Assembly (NCBI GenBank): GCA_944389265.1
Contig: CALXLS010000005.1
Coordinates: 22,076 to 86,075 of the forward strand
Source of the DNA: an uncultured Alphaproteobacteria bacterium
Lineage (GTDB): Bacteria; Pseudomonadota; Alphaproteobacteria; Rs-D84
Direction of reading: 5' to 3'
Length of the DNA: 64,000 nucleotides
The notes beneath the pieces are model-generated. The model made no database searches and was not told where the DNA came from. It saw only the letters and a program-made list of their open reading frames with translations. Both the position numbers and the translations under genes were made by a program. Below are positions 38,673 to 48,905 of the stretch, piece after piece. Numbering within the stretch: position 1 is the stretch's first letter; every line of letters begins with the position of its first letter.

Positions 38673-39553
38673 TTCTTTAAAATATGCCTTGTCCCGATGT
38701 TTATTCCGAACAAATAATATCTTATTTTATTTGGGAAAATATGTTTGCGTGAAATGCATACATTAAACATTTTAAATTCTTCAATTGCAAAAGGAAGTTC
38801 TGGTGTGTTCATTAATTCCAATGCATTATGTTTGACTAATAAATCGTGCAGATTTTTCTGTGCTTTCATTATATCTTCAGAAGAATTTCTTTGTTTTAGT
38901 TTTGTCTTAGATTTTCCTAGTGCGGTTTCTGTATCAACGACATTGTATATGGCACCCGGGACAGTTGCTACGCTACCTGCTAAAACAATTGCAGGTTTTG
39001 TAAAGAACAGGTCTTGTGCACCAAATAATTTAGGGTCGAACCTCAAATTATTTTTTATAAGGAAATCTTTTTTATATAAATATCTCCATGCAGGATTAAA
39101 TTTGTTAGCACGAGTTTTTAGAATTTTGTCTTTCATAGAAGTGCAGACTTCGATTGCAGAAAACTTTGGAAAATTATATTCAGGCTGATTAACTTCACTA
39201 CATAAAATATCGGCTTCGGTTAGTATTGCAGCGTTTGCCATTTTCTCAAAATAATCTAAGTTTACAAAATCGTCATGGTCATGAAAATGTATATACTCAC
39301 CGTTTGCCTTTTCTAGACCTGTATTTGATGCAACTGCTGGTCCAGCATTCTTTTGTTGAATGATTTTAATGCGTTTATCTGCCTTTGCGTATTTTTTACA
39401 TTCTGAGACTGAATTATCTGTGCTTCCATCGTCCACAATAATAATTTCTAAATTAGAATAAGTTTGATGAACTAAGTGTTCCAAGCATTTTGAAATAAAT
39501 TTTTCTGCGTTATACATAGGAACGACAACAGAAACTAGTGGTTTGTTTTGCAT
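38669..39553 (-). CDS. GT2 family glycosyltransferase
   Basis: VSVVVPMYNAEKFI...EIIIVDDGSTDNS. DxD (HDHDD). Confidence 0.65.
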   Translation of the reverse strand: MQNKPLVSVVVPMYNAEKFISKCLEHLVHQTYSNLEIIIVDDGSTDNSVSECKKYAKADKRIKIIQQKNAGPAVASNTGLEKANGEYIHFHDHDDFVNLDYFEKMANAAILTEADILCSEVNQPEYNFPKFSAIEVCTSMKDKILKTRANKFNPAWRYLYKKDFLIKNNLRFDPKLFGAQDLFFTKPAIVLAGSVATVPGAIYNVVDTETALGKSKTKLKQRNSSEDIMKAQKNLHDLLVKHNALELMNTPELPFAIEEFKMFNVCISRKHIFPNKIRYYLFGINIGTRHILKK

Positions 39554-39667
39554 AAAAATCCCCTTTTGTTCGAAGGTTACAAGATAAATATAAAATCTTC
39601 AAGTTAAAAGGTTTTTATTCTTGTTCTAACTTGAATGAAAATTCATTTTTTGATATAATTAATCAAA

Positions 39668-40822
39668 ATGAAAATATCCAGAAGAACGCTTTTACAAATA
39701 ACCGGTGTCGGTACTGCTATTGTCGCTTTTTTGCCAAGAATGGCATTTGCGTCACCTAATTCTTTGCGTACTGTAAGGACTGGTGTTCAGCCAGGTAATA
39801 AGACTAGGTTAGTAATAGAAACATCGCAGCGCCCTAGTTATTCTTTATCTTATCCCACTAATCAGATAATAATAACTTTGTCAAATACGTCTGCAAATGC
39901 GAATTTAGTGCCAGCATTAGCCTCTGGAACGATTGTAAGGTCAATCACGCAGGCACAGGTTGGTGATAAATTACAAATTATCGCAAATTTATCAAAACCT
40001 GTAAGTGGCATCCCAAAAGACCAGATAATGGTTCTGTCGCCTAATGGTGATAACGATTATCGGTTGGTCTTGGATTTTGTTGCAGGTCAATCTGCACCGG
40101 CAGTTGCAGAAACAAACAAACAAACGCAAAAAACGGCACCCGCAAAGAAGTACATTGTTGTAATTGATGCTGGACATGGTGGTAAAGACCCTGGGTGTAT
40201 CGGCAAAAATGGCACAAAAGAAAAGAATGTTGTTTTATCGGTTGCCAAGAAACTTAAAACAAAACTAGATGCAGCTGGTTTCCAAACTTATTTGACGCGT
40301 AGTAATGATACTTATTTAAAATTAGCACAACGCGCATCTATCGGTGAAAAGAAGCACGCTGATTTATTCTTATCTTTACACGCAAATGCGAACCCCAGTC
40401 GTGCTATGAAGGGATTTTCTATTTACACATTATCTGAAAAAGCATCGGACGAAGAGGCGCAAAAGTTGGCAGATTCTGAAAATGCTGCAGATAAGATAGA
40501 GGTCGATGGTTTTGAACAATTTTCAAAAGATATTAGAATTGCTTTGTCCGCTTTGCAGCAACATGCAGTTGCCGAAATGTCTGTTGAATATGCAAATGGG
40601 TGTGCGAAACAGTTTAAAACAATGAAGATTACGCAACAACCGGGTCCAGATGTAAGACACGCTCCGTTTGCAGTATTGCGTTCTACTGTTCCAGGTGCAT
40701 TGTTAGAATTGGGGCATTTATCTAATGCAGAAGAAGAAAAGTTGCTAAATAGTTCTGCACATCAAGACAAATTAGTAAATGCGATTGTAAAATCTGTTAA
40801 GTCATATAATTTTGATGTATAA
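39668..40822 (+). CDS. amiC: N-acetylmuramoyl-L-alanine amidase (AmiC-like, Tat signal + AMIN domain + amidase_3)
   Basis: Twin-arginine SRRTLLQITGVGTAIVAF. Catalytic IDAGHGGKDPG ... LSLHANA ... GALLELGHLSN. Confidence 0.75.
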   Translation: MKISRRTLLQITGVGTAIVAFLPRMAFASPNSLRTVRTGVQPGNKTRLVIETSQRPSYSLSYPTNQIIITLSNTSANANLVPALASGTIVRSITQAQVGDKLQIIANLSKPVSGIPKDQIMVLSPNGDNDYRLVLDFVAGQSAPAVAETNKQTQKTAPAKKYIVVIDAGHGGKDPGCIGKNGTKEKNVVLSVAKKLKTKLDAAGFQTYLTRSNDTYLKLAQRASIGEKKHADLFLSLHANANPSRAMKGFSIYTLSEKASDEEAQKLADSENAADKIEVDGFEQFSKDIRIALSALQQHAVAEMSVEYANGCAKQFKTMKITQQPGPDVRHAPFAVLRSTVPGALLELGHLSNAEEEKLLNSSAHQDKLVNAIVKSVKSYNFDV

Positions 40823-40829
40823 AACATTC

Positions 40830-40857
40830 TTGCAAAATCAGACGCTTTATGTATAAT
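40830..40857 (+). promoter_or_regulatory. sigma70-type promoter for tRNA-Ser(CGA)
   Basis: TTGCAA-16 bp-TATAAT, ending 10 nt before the tRNA 5' end. Confidence 0.5.
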
Positions 40858-40867
40858 GGCTCTCGCC

Positions 40868-40957
40868 GGAGACGTGGCAGAGTGGTTGAATGCGCGCGAC
40901 TCGAAATCGTGTATACAGGCAACTGTATCAAGGGTTCAAATCCCTTCGTCTCCGCCA
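40868..40957 (+). tRNA. tRNA-Ser (CGA)
   Basis: Class II tRNA with long variable arm. Acceptor GGAGACG/CGUCUCC, anticodon loop CUCGAAA, encoded CCA. Confidence 0.85.
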
Positions 40958-40978
40958 GATTTCTAAGATATATTTACA

Positions 40979-41320
40979 ATGAAAACCTTTAACGAACAAG
41001 TTTATGATATTGTCGCAAAAATTCCATCTGGTCGCGTTGCGACATTTGGTCAGATTGCTAATATGATAGGTCGCCCACGCATGGCGCGGTTTGTTGGTTA
41101 TGCTTCAAATAATAAGAATAGTTGGCATTTGCCGTGGCATCGCGTTGTTTTTAAAGATGGTAGTTTATGTTCCGGTTTCTTTGATGAACAATATAAACAA
41201 TTAAAATCAGAAGGCGTAAAGTTTGATAAAGATAAAAAAGTTAAAATGGAACAATATCAATGGAATCCAGACAGGGATGGTGTACCACTGGACATTAAGG
41301 ATTTTCCATTAGTCTTTTAA
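40979..41320 (+). CDS. atl: alkyltransferase-like protein (ATL; MGMT DNA-binding fold with Trp replacing the acceptor Cys)
   Basis: PWHRVV in place of PCHRV. 113 aa. Confidence 0.7.
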   Translation: MKTFNEQVYDIVAKIPSGRVATFGQIANMIGRPRMARFVGYASNNKNSWHLPWHRVVFKDGSLCSGFFDEQYKQLKSEGVKFDKDKKVKMEQYQWNPDRDGVPLDIKDFPLVF

Positions 41321-41347
41321 TAAAAAACAGCGGTTTCCCGCCGTTTT

Positions 41348-42094
41348 TTATTTGGCTTTTTTTGTACTCTTTGTTGTATTATTAAACACATCTTCTTTGC
41401 TTAACTTTTTAAATGTCAAATACCAGGTTTTCACATCTAAGGAGTTATCTTTATTTTCAATGCGCTTATTCATATCGCTTGTAGTAGATGGTGCAGGCAC
41501 AACAACATCATCTCCTGGCTGCCAATCTGCTGGTGTTGCTACATGGAAATTATCAGCTGTTTGCAATGCAATCAAAACGCGCTTTATTTCATCAAAATTG
41601 CGTCCCGTTGTCAGCGGATAATACAAAATTGTTCTTATTATACCTTGGGGGTCTATAATAAATACTGCACGTACAGTTTTACCATCCGCTGCATTATGAT
41701 GCAACATACCGTATTTCTTAGCAACTTCCATGTTCATATCATCAATTATAGGGAAGGTGATATTCATTCCTTTCCAGCCATGATAATCTATGTCTTTAAT
41801 TGATTTTATCCACGCAAGATGCCCCGTCAAAGTACCGATAGACAATCCTATTATTTCTGTGTTTAACTTTTGAAATTCGGTCAGCATAGATTGAAAAGTC
41901 ATAAACTCTGTTGTACAAACTGGGGTAAAATCGGCAGGATGAGAAAACAGAATTACCCATTTACCTGCATAATCTGACGGAAAATTAACTTTGCCATTAG
42001 TAGTATTTGCAATAAAATCTGGTGCAGGATCGCCAATTAAGGGCAACTGTATAGTTTCAGCCAAGAAAGAGTCATCATTACAAAAATCACACAT
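41348..42094 (-). CDS. peroxiredoxin (thioredoxin-fold, peroxidatic Cys in FTPVCTTE)
   Basis: FSHPADFTPVCTTEF motif. 248 aa with a C-terminal extension. Confidence 0.75.
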   Translation of the reverse strand: MCDFCNDDSFLAETIQLPLIGDPAPDFIANTTNGKVNFPSDYAGKWVILFSHPADFTPVCTTEFMTFQSMLTEFQKLNTEIIGLSIGTLTGHLAWIKSIKDIDYHGWKGMNITFPIIDDMNMEVAKKYGMLHHNAADGKTVRAVFIIDPQGIIRTILYYPLTTGRNFDEIKRVLIALQTADNFHVATPADWQPGDDVVVPAPSTTSDMNKRIENKDNSLDVKTWYLTFKKLSKEDVFNNTTKSTKKAK

Positions 42095-42260
42095 ATTTTT
42101 CTCCTTTTTATATAGTGCTTCAGAATAGATTATATGCGTCGACCATAGATTTTATAAACAGGTAAGCATTCTTATATGATGATGAGATAATAAAAAACTT
42201 TATTCTTGATAAAATGTGCTAAGATATAAATAATAGGGGTTAAAGAAAAAGGAATAAAAG

Positions 42261-42539
42261 ATGAAACGTTCAGACATAGTAAGATCTATTCAAGTACAAT
42301 TTAAGCATATGCGTGTTTCAGATGCGGCAGCAATACTAGATACTGTTGCAGACCAAATGATAGAATCTGTAGCAGCAGGGGACAGAATAGAAATTCGTGG
42401 TTTCGGGACGTTTCAACCACGCGCAAGGGCTACAAAAGTTGGCTATAACCCGTGTACTGGTCAACCAATGCATTTGGATGCAAGTACAACTATTTTGTTT
42501 AAACCCAGTCGCGAATTAACAAAAGAAATGAACGAGTAA
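42261..42539 (+). CDS. ihfB: integration host factor beta-like (HU/IHF family)
   Basis: RIEIRGFGTF...GYNPCTGQ...FKPSRELT arm motifs. Confidence 0.75.
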   Translation: MKRSDIVRSIQVQFKHMRVSDAAAILDTVADQMIESVAAGDRIEIRGFGTFQPRARATKVGYNPCTGQPMHLDASTTILFKPSRELTKEMNE

Positions 42540-42542
42540 AAA

Positions 42543-44285
42543 ATGTTGTTTGGGAAGAAATCTGGTATTAAGAATCGTAACCGTGAACGCTATGAGCGCA
42601 TTCGTCGCTTAATGTGGATTAAGTGCGAGGCGTGTGGGAGATTGGTATATTACAAAGATTATAAAAGTAATCATTATATCTGTCCACGTTGTGGTCGTGC
42701 TTTTATAATGACACCGAAACAAAGATTTGATTTGTTGTTTGATAATAATGAGTGGACAAAGATAAAGCTACCGACAGTATCGGACGACCCACTAAATTTT
42801 GTAGACCGTATGCCGTACAAAGAAAGATTATCTGAAGCGCGTGCGGAAACAGGTTATAAAGATGCAATAACGACTGCAGATGGTATAATTGGTGGAATCC
42901 CAACTACTATTTGTATTTTAAACGGTGATTTTATGTTGGGTTCAATGGGGCGCGCGGCTGGTGACGGTATTGTTGCTAGTATGGAGCACGCAATTGAATT
43001 AAAACAGCCGTTTATAATGGTGACTTGCAGTGGTGGTGCGCGTATGCAAGAGAACATTTTATCATTAATGCAAATGGCGCGTACAACAGTTGCGGTAAAC
43101 AAATTGCATGCAAATGGAATTCCTTATATAGTATTGTTAACAGACCCAACTTTTGGTGGTGTAACAGCGTCTTTTGCTATGCTCGGGGATATTCATATTG
43201 CAGAAAAGGGTGCTCGTATTGGTTTTGCGGGCAGGCGAGTAATCGAACAAAATATTCGTGAAAAACTACCTGCAAACTTCCAAACAGCAGACTATTTATA
43301 TGAACATGGTATGGTTGATATGGTTGTTCCTCGTGACGAGTTAAAAGGTAAATTAGAAAAGATACTTGCTGTATTAACCAAGCAATCAAGAGAACCAAAG
43401 AATATAAACGTTATTACCCCGGCGGCAGATTCTAAAAAAGTTCGTGGTATGGGTGAAAATGACGCTTATGATAAAGTTTTACTAGCAAGAAATGAAAATC
43501 GTCCGCATTTCTTAGATTATATAAATGGAATTGTAGACGATTGGACATATCTTGCAGGAGACAGATTATTTGGTGAAGACCCCGCCATGTGTGGTGGAAT
43601 AGGTTTTTGGCGTGGAATACCTGCTGTTATAATAGGACAAGAAAAGGGCAGAACAATTGAAACGCGTCAATTCCACAGATTTGGTATGCCTAATCCAGAA
43701 GGTTATCGCAAAGCACAACGTTTAATGAGATTAGCAGAAAAATTCAAATTACCTCTGATTTCATTATTTGATACAGCCGGTGCATTTGCTGGTGGTGCAG
43801 CGGAAGAACGTGGTCAATCACAAGCTGTTGCTTCTTCAATTGCTACTGGCTTAGACATAAAAACACCTTACGTCGCAGTTAACGTCGGTGAAGGTGGCAG
43901 CGGGGGGGCAATTGCCATAGGTACAGGGGATAGGGTATTGATGTTAGAGAACTCTATTTATTCTGTTATTGCTCCCGAATCTTGTGCAAGTATTTTATGG
44001 AAAGATAACAAATATAAGGCAGTCGCAGCAAAAGCAATGAAACTTACAGCACGCGACATGTCAAACTTAAATGTTATCGACCAGATAATAGATGAGCCTG
44101 CTGGTGGTGCACATACAGATTGGCAAACAACAATGGAATTATTATCTACTGCAGTTGCGGAACACATCCAAGATCTACAGAAAATACCTGCGGAAGAAAT
44201 GGCACAACGACGTGCAGAAAAATTTATTGCTATGACGCGTGATGTAGAAATATATCAGCCAGAGCATAAAACTGAAGAGCACTAA
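42543..44285 (+). CDS. accD-accA: acetyl-CoA carboxylase carboxyltransferase, fused beta (AccD) + alpha (AccA) subunits in one 580-aa ORF
   Basis: N-terminal Zn finger CEACGR...CPRCGR and GGARMQE (AccD). C-terminal half GDRLFGEDPAMCGGIG...FGMPNPEGYRKAQRLMRLAEKF...GEGGSGGA (AccA). Confidence 0.7.
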   Translation: MLFGKKSGIKNRNRERYERIRRLMWIKCEACGRLVYYKDYKSNHYICPRCGRAFIMTPKQRFDLLFDNNEWTKIKLPTVSDDPLNFVDRMPYKERLSEARAETGYKDAITTADGIIGGIPTTICILNGDFMLGSMGRAAGDGIVASMEHAIELKQPFIMVTCSGGARMQENILSLMQMARTTVAVNKLHANGIPYIVLLTDPTFGGVTASFAMLGDIHIAEKGARIGFAGRRVIEQNIREKLPANFQTADYLYEHGMVDMVVPRDELKGKLEKILAVLTKQSREPKNINVITPAADSKKVRGMGENDAYDKVLLARNENRPHFLDYINGIVDDWTYLAGDRLFGEDPAMCGGIGFWRGIPAVIIGQEKGRTIETRQFHRFGMPNPEGYRKAQRLMRLAEKFKLPLISLFDTAGAFAGGAAEERGQSQAVASSIATGLDIKTPYVAVNVGEGGSGGAIAIGTGDRVLMLENSIYSVIAPESCASILWKDNKYKAVAAKAMKLTARDMSNLNVIDQIIDEPAGGAHTDWQTTMELLSTAVAEHIQDLQKIPAEEMAQRRAEKFIAMTRDVEIYQPEHKTEEH

Positions 44286-44379
44286 AAAGAAAAATCCCCA
44301 CAAAACCGGGGATTTTTTTATTATTTTCAGGCTTGCATTTATTAAACAGTTTCTATATAATGACAGTCGCAACCACAGC

Positions 44380-44468
44380 GGAGCGTTGGCAGAGTGGTAA
44401 TGCAGCGGATTGCTAATCCGTGACCGTGTTATAGCGGTCCATAGGTTCGAGTCCTATACGCTCCGCCA
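44380..44468 (+). tRNA. tRNA-Ser (GCU)
   Basis: Class II tRNA with long variable arm. Acceptor GGAGCGU/ACGCUCC, anticodon loop UUGCUAA, CCA encoded. Promoter TTGCAT-17-TATAAT upstream. Confidence 0.85.
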
Positions 44469-44498
44469 GACTTTATTCAAATATCACTTTTTATCTGT

Positions 44499-44527
44499 TT
44501 GACACAATAATCTTTTTTTAATATAAT
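44499..44527 (+). promoter_or_regulatory. consensus sigma70 promoter (TTGACA-17 bp-TATAAT) upstream of cysS
   Basis: Both hexamers perfect, 17-bp spacer. Confidence 0.55.
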
Positions 44528-44653
44528 CATTACTATGATTTTATATAATTTTAATATTTATTGTTGTTGCTGTTGTCGCTAAAAATATTCCTTAGCCATC
44601 TATGGCTTAATTTATAAAATTCCATAAAGATTAACCAAAAAAATAAAATCACA

Positions 44654-46096
44654 TTGAAGGGGAAAATTATGACCGTAAAACTTTTTAATACAATGTCCAG
44701 AAAAATCGAAGAATTTAAACCATTAGTAGAAGGTAAGGTGGGGTTTTATGGTTGTGGTCCGACAGTTTATCATTATGCACATATTGGCAATTTAAGAACT
44801 ATGACACATAATGATATCTTAAAAAGAATGCTTTTAGAAAATGGTTATGAAGTCACACATGTTATGAACATAACAGACGTTGGGCATCTGACTAGTGACG
44901 ATGCAGATAGCGGTGAAGATAAAATGGAGAAGGGTGCAAGCCGGGATAACAAATCTGTATGGGATATTGCAAAATTTTATACAGATGAATTTTTGCGTGA
45001 TTTTGATGATTTAAATTTGATGCGTCCGACATACATGCCGCATGCAACAGATTATATAAAAGAACAAATTGAATTGGTAAAAAAACTGGAAGATTTAGGG
45101 TTTACCTATAAAATTGAAGACGACGGCATTTATTATGACACAAGTAAATTTCCTGCATATGGTCAATTAACTGGCGGCAGTGTTTCTGGTAATCGTGCAG
45201 GTGCGCGCGTAGAATTTAACGACAAAAAACGTAATCCAACAGACTTTGCGTTATGGAAGTTCTCGCCGAAAGACGCAAAACGCCAAATGGAATGGGATAG
45301 TCCTTGGGGCATAGGTTTCCCTGGTTGGCATGCAGAATGCAGTGCTATGAGCATGAAATTATTAGGCGACCATTTTGATATACATACAGGTGGGGAAGAC
45401 TTGTCTCGAATTCATCACACTAATGAAATTGCACAATCAGAGCCTATAACAGGCGCACCTTGGGTTAGTTATTGGGTACATTTCAGTTTCTTGGTGGATA
45501 AAAGCGGCGAAAAAATGAGTAAGTCAAATGGTGAGTTTTTAGGCTTAGATGCATTAAGGAAACGTGGTTATGACCCCATGGCTTATAGATATTTAATTTC
45601 GCTTGGGCACTTTCAAACACAACTTGCTTTTTCATGGGAAGCATTAGACGCCGCGGCGGCAGGGTATAAAAACATCGTAAGACGCGTTGCTACATTACTA
45701 CAAGAAAAAGCACCTGGGAATGTAGATGAAAAACAGTTTAAAGAATGGCACGATAAGATTCTTGAAGCTGTTTCAGATAACATGAAAACTGCTGAAGCCT
45801 TGGTTTACGTTCAAGAATTATTAAAAACTTCGGAAGTAAATGTTGCAACCAAGATAAAGTTATTTGAATTTATTGATAGATTGTTAGGTTTACAATTTAT
45901 TGATAGGGCCAAAAAGCAAATTGAAACAGAGGCAGAAACGGCACCAGCAGAATTACAAGCATTGGCAGAAGCCCGTACAAAAGCAAAAACCGAAAAGAAT
46001 TGGGCTTTGGCAGATGAAATTCGTGCTAAGATAGAATCAGCAGGTTGGTCCGTAGTTGACACCAAAGAAGGTGCAAAATTAGTAAAAAAAGCATAA
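44654..46096 (+). CDS. cysS: cysteine--tRNA ligase (likely start at MTVKLFNT, 44669)
   Basis: CGPTVYHYAHIGN (HIGH region with Zn Cys), KMSKS, WHAECS. Overall collinear with E. coli CysS. Confidence 0.85.
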   Translation: MKGKIMTVKLFNTMSRKIEEFKPLVEGKVGFYGCGPTVYHYAHIGNLRTMTHNDILKRMLLENGYEVTHVMNITDVGHLTSDDADSGEDKMEKGASRDNKSVWDIAKFYTDEFLRDFDDLNLMRPTYMPHATDYIKEQIELVKKLEDLGFTYKIEDDGIYYDTSKFPAYGQLTGGSVSGNRAGARVEFNDKKRNPTDFALWKFSPKDAKRQMEWDSPWGIGFPGWHAECSAMSMKLLGDHFDIHTGGEDLSRIHHTNEIAQSEPITGAPWVSYWVHFSFLVDKSGEKMSKSNGEFLGLDALRKRGYDPMAYRYLISLGHFQTQLAFSWEALDAAAAGYKNIVRRVATLLQEKAPGNVDEKQFKEWHDKILEAVSDNMKTAEALVYVQELLKTSEVNVATKIKLFEFIDRLLGLQFIDRAKKQIETEAETAPAELQALAEARTKAKTEKNWALADEIRAKIESAGWSVVDTKEGAKLVKKA

Positions 46097-46111
46097 AAAA
46101 GGTTATATAAT

Positions 46112-46726
46112 TTGTGTTTGAATATATCAAGCGCAAATTTATATAAAAAAGTCTTGAATCTAGGGCGATTTTGGTGTATATTGCCCCCAGCAACAAGAGG
46201 AATGTTCATGAACTATCCATATATGCCAAAATCCACGGCACTTTGGCTGATTGAAAATACAGCCTTAACATTTGAACAAATTGCAGATTTCTGTGGTTTG
46301 CATGAATTAGAAGTAAAAAATATTGCCGATGCAGAAACATATAAAATCCAGGGTTTAAATCCGATTTTGAATGGGCAATTAACTCGTGAAGATATTGAAA
46401 AATGCGAAGCTGACCCTAATGCGCGTTTGACTTTGCGTGAAGAAATTGTTGTTGCACAGAAAGCACAAAACAAAAAAGGGGTGGGGTATACACCAAAATT
46501 GCATCGTCAAAATCGTCTGGGTGGTATTTTATGGATTTTGAAGAATTATCCAGAATTGTCTGACGGGCAGGTGGCGCGTTTAATGCGTAGTACAAATCCA
46601 ACCGTTGCTTCTGTTCGCAATAAAACGCACAAGTCTTATTCATTGATTCAAATTCAAAGTCCTATTGTTTTAGGTTTAGTATCTGAATCTGCTTTGCATG
46701 ATGCAGTTGCTAAGGCAAAAAAATAA
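46112..46726 (+). CDS. conserved hypothetical protein (possibly alphaproteobacterial DUF1013-like). Probable start at 46202 (MFMNYPYMPKS).
   Basis: ORF. PKSTALWLIENTALTFEQIADFCGLHELEV block resembles a conserved alphaproteobacterial family. Low confidence. Confidence 0.4.
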   Translation: MCLNISSANLYKKVLNLGRFWCILPPATRGMFMNYPYMPKSTALWLIENTALTFEQIADFCGLHELEVKNIADAETYKIQGLNPILNGQLTREDIEKCEADPNARLTLREEIVVAQKAQNKKGVGYTPKLHRQNRLGGILWILKNYPELSDGQVARLMRSTNPTVASVRNKTHKSYSLIQIQSPIVLGLVSESALHDAVAKAKK

Positions 46727-46759
46727 ACTTCTATATAATAACTTAATAAATTCAAAGGT

Positions 46760-48847
46760 TTGTTTATGGCTAAGAAATTGGACGAAGCAACCAAGTTATT
46801 GATTGATTCATTGCCGGAAAATTTACAGAAACTTGCAACCTCTGCTATAGAGGTTGGTTATCTGTCTCAGATGGATTTTAATAACGCCACCGAAGCGGAC
46901 GAAGTTCCTGCAGAAGAACAAGATGAAGTTCTAGATTTCTTTCAACAAGATTTAGGTCTGGAAATTCTGGAAACGGATAGTTTCTCGCAGGACATGGAAA
47001 AATATTATGACGATGATTCTGATGAACCTCACGATAAAACACGCAACTTATTAAATGCGGATGCAGAGCAGGTTGATGTTAACGAAGATGACTATGAACA
47101 CTATGCTAAACAGCTGGAACGCAGTCAGACTGGTAATTTAGTTCTTGGTGTTCAAGATTCTGTTCAATCTTACTTGAAACAAATAGGTACTGTACAATTA
47201 TTAACCGCAGCTGGTGAAGTTGCAATTGCTCAGCGAATTGAGGCCGCATCAAGATTAATGGTTTACGGTCTATGTGAAAGTCCTATGACTATAAAAGCTA
47301 TGTTGGACTGGTATCAGCAACTGTTGAATGAAGATATAAGACTTCGATATATCGTCAACCTGGAAGTAATGTATTCCAGTGATTCCGAGCAAAAATCTTT
47401 GGCCGCATTGTCTGAAGCATTAAAATCTAAAGGTGTCGAACACGTAGACGAATTAGATGATGACGATTTAGACGACTTGGAAGAATCCACCGCAACAGAT
47501 GACGACGATGAAGACGAAGATGACGAGGATGAAGACGGTATCAAGAAAGAAGACACTCCTCGTGGTACATCTGGCGTTCCTATTCCAGTAATGGAAGAAG
47601 CGTTAATGCCTATGGTTATGGATTTGTTTAGTAAAATTAAACGCATATTTAATAATATGCAGAAATTGCAAGCCAAACGATTAGAAAATCTTTTAACCTC
47701 TTCAAAACCGGACGAAGCATTAGAAAAGAAGTATACAAAAATGCGTTTGGAATTGTTTGAACATGTTAGCAAGATACGTTTAAATGACGACCGTATTGCA
47801 GAAATCTTAGAGCAATTAACAAAGCGCGACCAGTTGCTTATGGGGCTAGAGGGTAAGTTATTACGTTTAGCAATGGCAAACAAAATAAAACGCGAAGATT
47901 TCTTGGAAGAATACACGGGCAACGAATTGAACCGTAATTGGGTTAAGAAGTTGGCTAAGCACAAAAATCCTGCATGGGTAGCATTTGCAAAGAAGCATGA
48001 AAAAGATATATTAAAGATTCAAGAAGATATTACTGCAATTGCGCAGGAAACCGGTCAACCAACTGCCGAATACAAAAAGGTGGTTGAGTTAGTTCGTCGT
48101 GGTCAAACCGAGGCAGCACGTGCGAAACGTGAAATGATAGAAGCAAACTTGCGCTTGGTTATAAAATTTGCAAAGAAGTCTAGCAATCGTGGTCTTGGCT
48201 TAGACTTCTCTGATTTGGTTCAAGATGGCAACATTGGATTAATGAAAGCCGTTGATAAATTCGACTATCGTTTAGGCAACAAGTTTTCAACTTATGCAAC
48301 AAACTGGATTCAGCAAGGTATTTCACGTAGTATTGCGGATCAAGCACGTACAATACGTATCCCAGTTCATATGATTGACAACATACACAAGATACAACGT
48401 GCAACAAGACAGTTTATGCACAAATATGGTCGTCAACCTACTGCAGAAGAATTATCAAAGATAATTTATTTACCAGTAGACAAGATTCATAAAGCAATGA
48501 AAGTAAACCTTAAACCTATATCATTAGAAGCACCTGTTGGTACAGAAGATGATAGCAGCCGTATTGAAATAATTGCTGATGAAACCGCAAAGAATCCATT
48601 TGTATCTGCTGCACAAAAGAATTTAAGAAAGATTGTCACACAGATACTATCGGAATTAGACCCAAAAGAAGAAACTGTTTTGCGTCAACGTTTCGGTATG
48701 AGCACCAACAAAACAAGTACTTTGGAAGAGGTTGGGGAATATATCGGGGTTACACGTGAACGTATACGCCAGATTGAACAAAAGGCTTTAAACAAATTAA
48801 AGCATCCAACGCGTGCACGTAAATTACGTAGTTTCTTAGAAGATTAA
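46760..48847 (+). CDS. rpoD: RNA polymerase sigma-70 factor RpoD with long acidic non-conserved region
   Basis: Regions 2-4 ([35 protein letters not shown], ...[19 protein letters not shown]). Asp/Glu tract at ~47450-47540. Confidence 0.9.
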   Translation: MFMAKKLDEATKLLIDSLPENLQKLATSAIEVGYLSQMDFNNATEADEVPAEEQDEVLDFFQQDLGLEILETDSFSQDMEKYYDDDSDEPHDKTRNLLNADAEQVDVNEDDYEHYAKQLERSQTGNLVLGVQDSVQSYLKQIGTVQLLTAAGEVAIAQRIEAASRLMVYGLCESPMTIKAMLDWYQQLLNEDIRLRYIVNLEVMYSSDSEQKSLAALSEALKSKGVEHVDELDDDDLDDLEESTATDDDDEDEDDEDEDGIKKEDTPRGTSGVPIPVMEEALMPMVMDLFSKIKRIFNNMQKLQAKRLENLLTSSKPDEALEKKYTKMRLELFEHVSKIRLNDDRIAEILEQLTKRDQLLMGLEGKLLRLAMANKIKREDFLEEYTGNELNRNWVKKLAKHKNPAWVAFAKKHEKDILKIQEDITAIAQETGQPTAEYKKVVELVRRGQTEAARAKREMIEANLRLVIKFAKKSSNRGLGLDFSDLVQDGNIGLMKAVDKFDYRLGNKFSTYATNWIQQGISRSIADQARTIRIPVHMIDNIHKIQRATRQFMHKYGRQPTAEELSKIIYLPVDKIHKAMKVNLKPISLEAPVGTEDDSSRIEIIADETAKNPFVSAAQKNLRKIVTQILSELDPKEETVLRQRFGMSTNKTSTLEEVGEYIGVTRERIRQIEQKALNKLKHPTRARKLRSFLED

Positions 48848-48856
48848 TAGAAAAAT

Positions 48857-48886
48857 AAGCCCGCTTAATTGCGGGTTTTTATTTTA
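48857..48886 (+). terminator. rho-independent terminator after rpoD
   Basis: aagcccgc-ttaatt-gcgggttt followed by TTTTATTTT. Confidence 0.65.
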
Positions 48887-48905
48887 ACAACACAGGATTA
48901 TTAAT

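Noticed and set aside
41320-41347. Hairpin aacagcgg-tttc-ccgccgtt between atl and the peroxiredoxin gene
   Set aside because: It has only a 4-bp perfect GC stem (gcgg/ccgc) with a T-run. It may act as a weak bidirectional terminator, but it is too marginal to list as a feature.
47314-47964. 216-aa minus-strand ORF with a poly-Ser run
   Set aside because: It is antisense to the rpoD acidic spacer (GAT/GAC/GAA repeats read backwards as Ser codons). rpoD is unambiguous.
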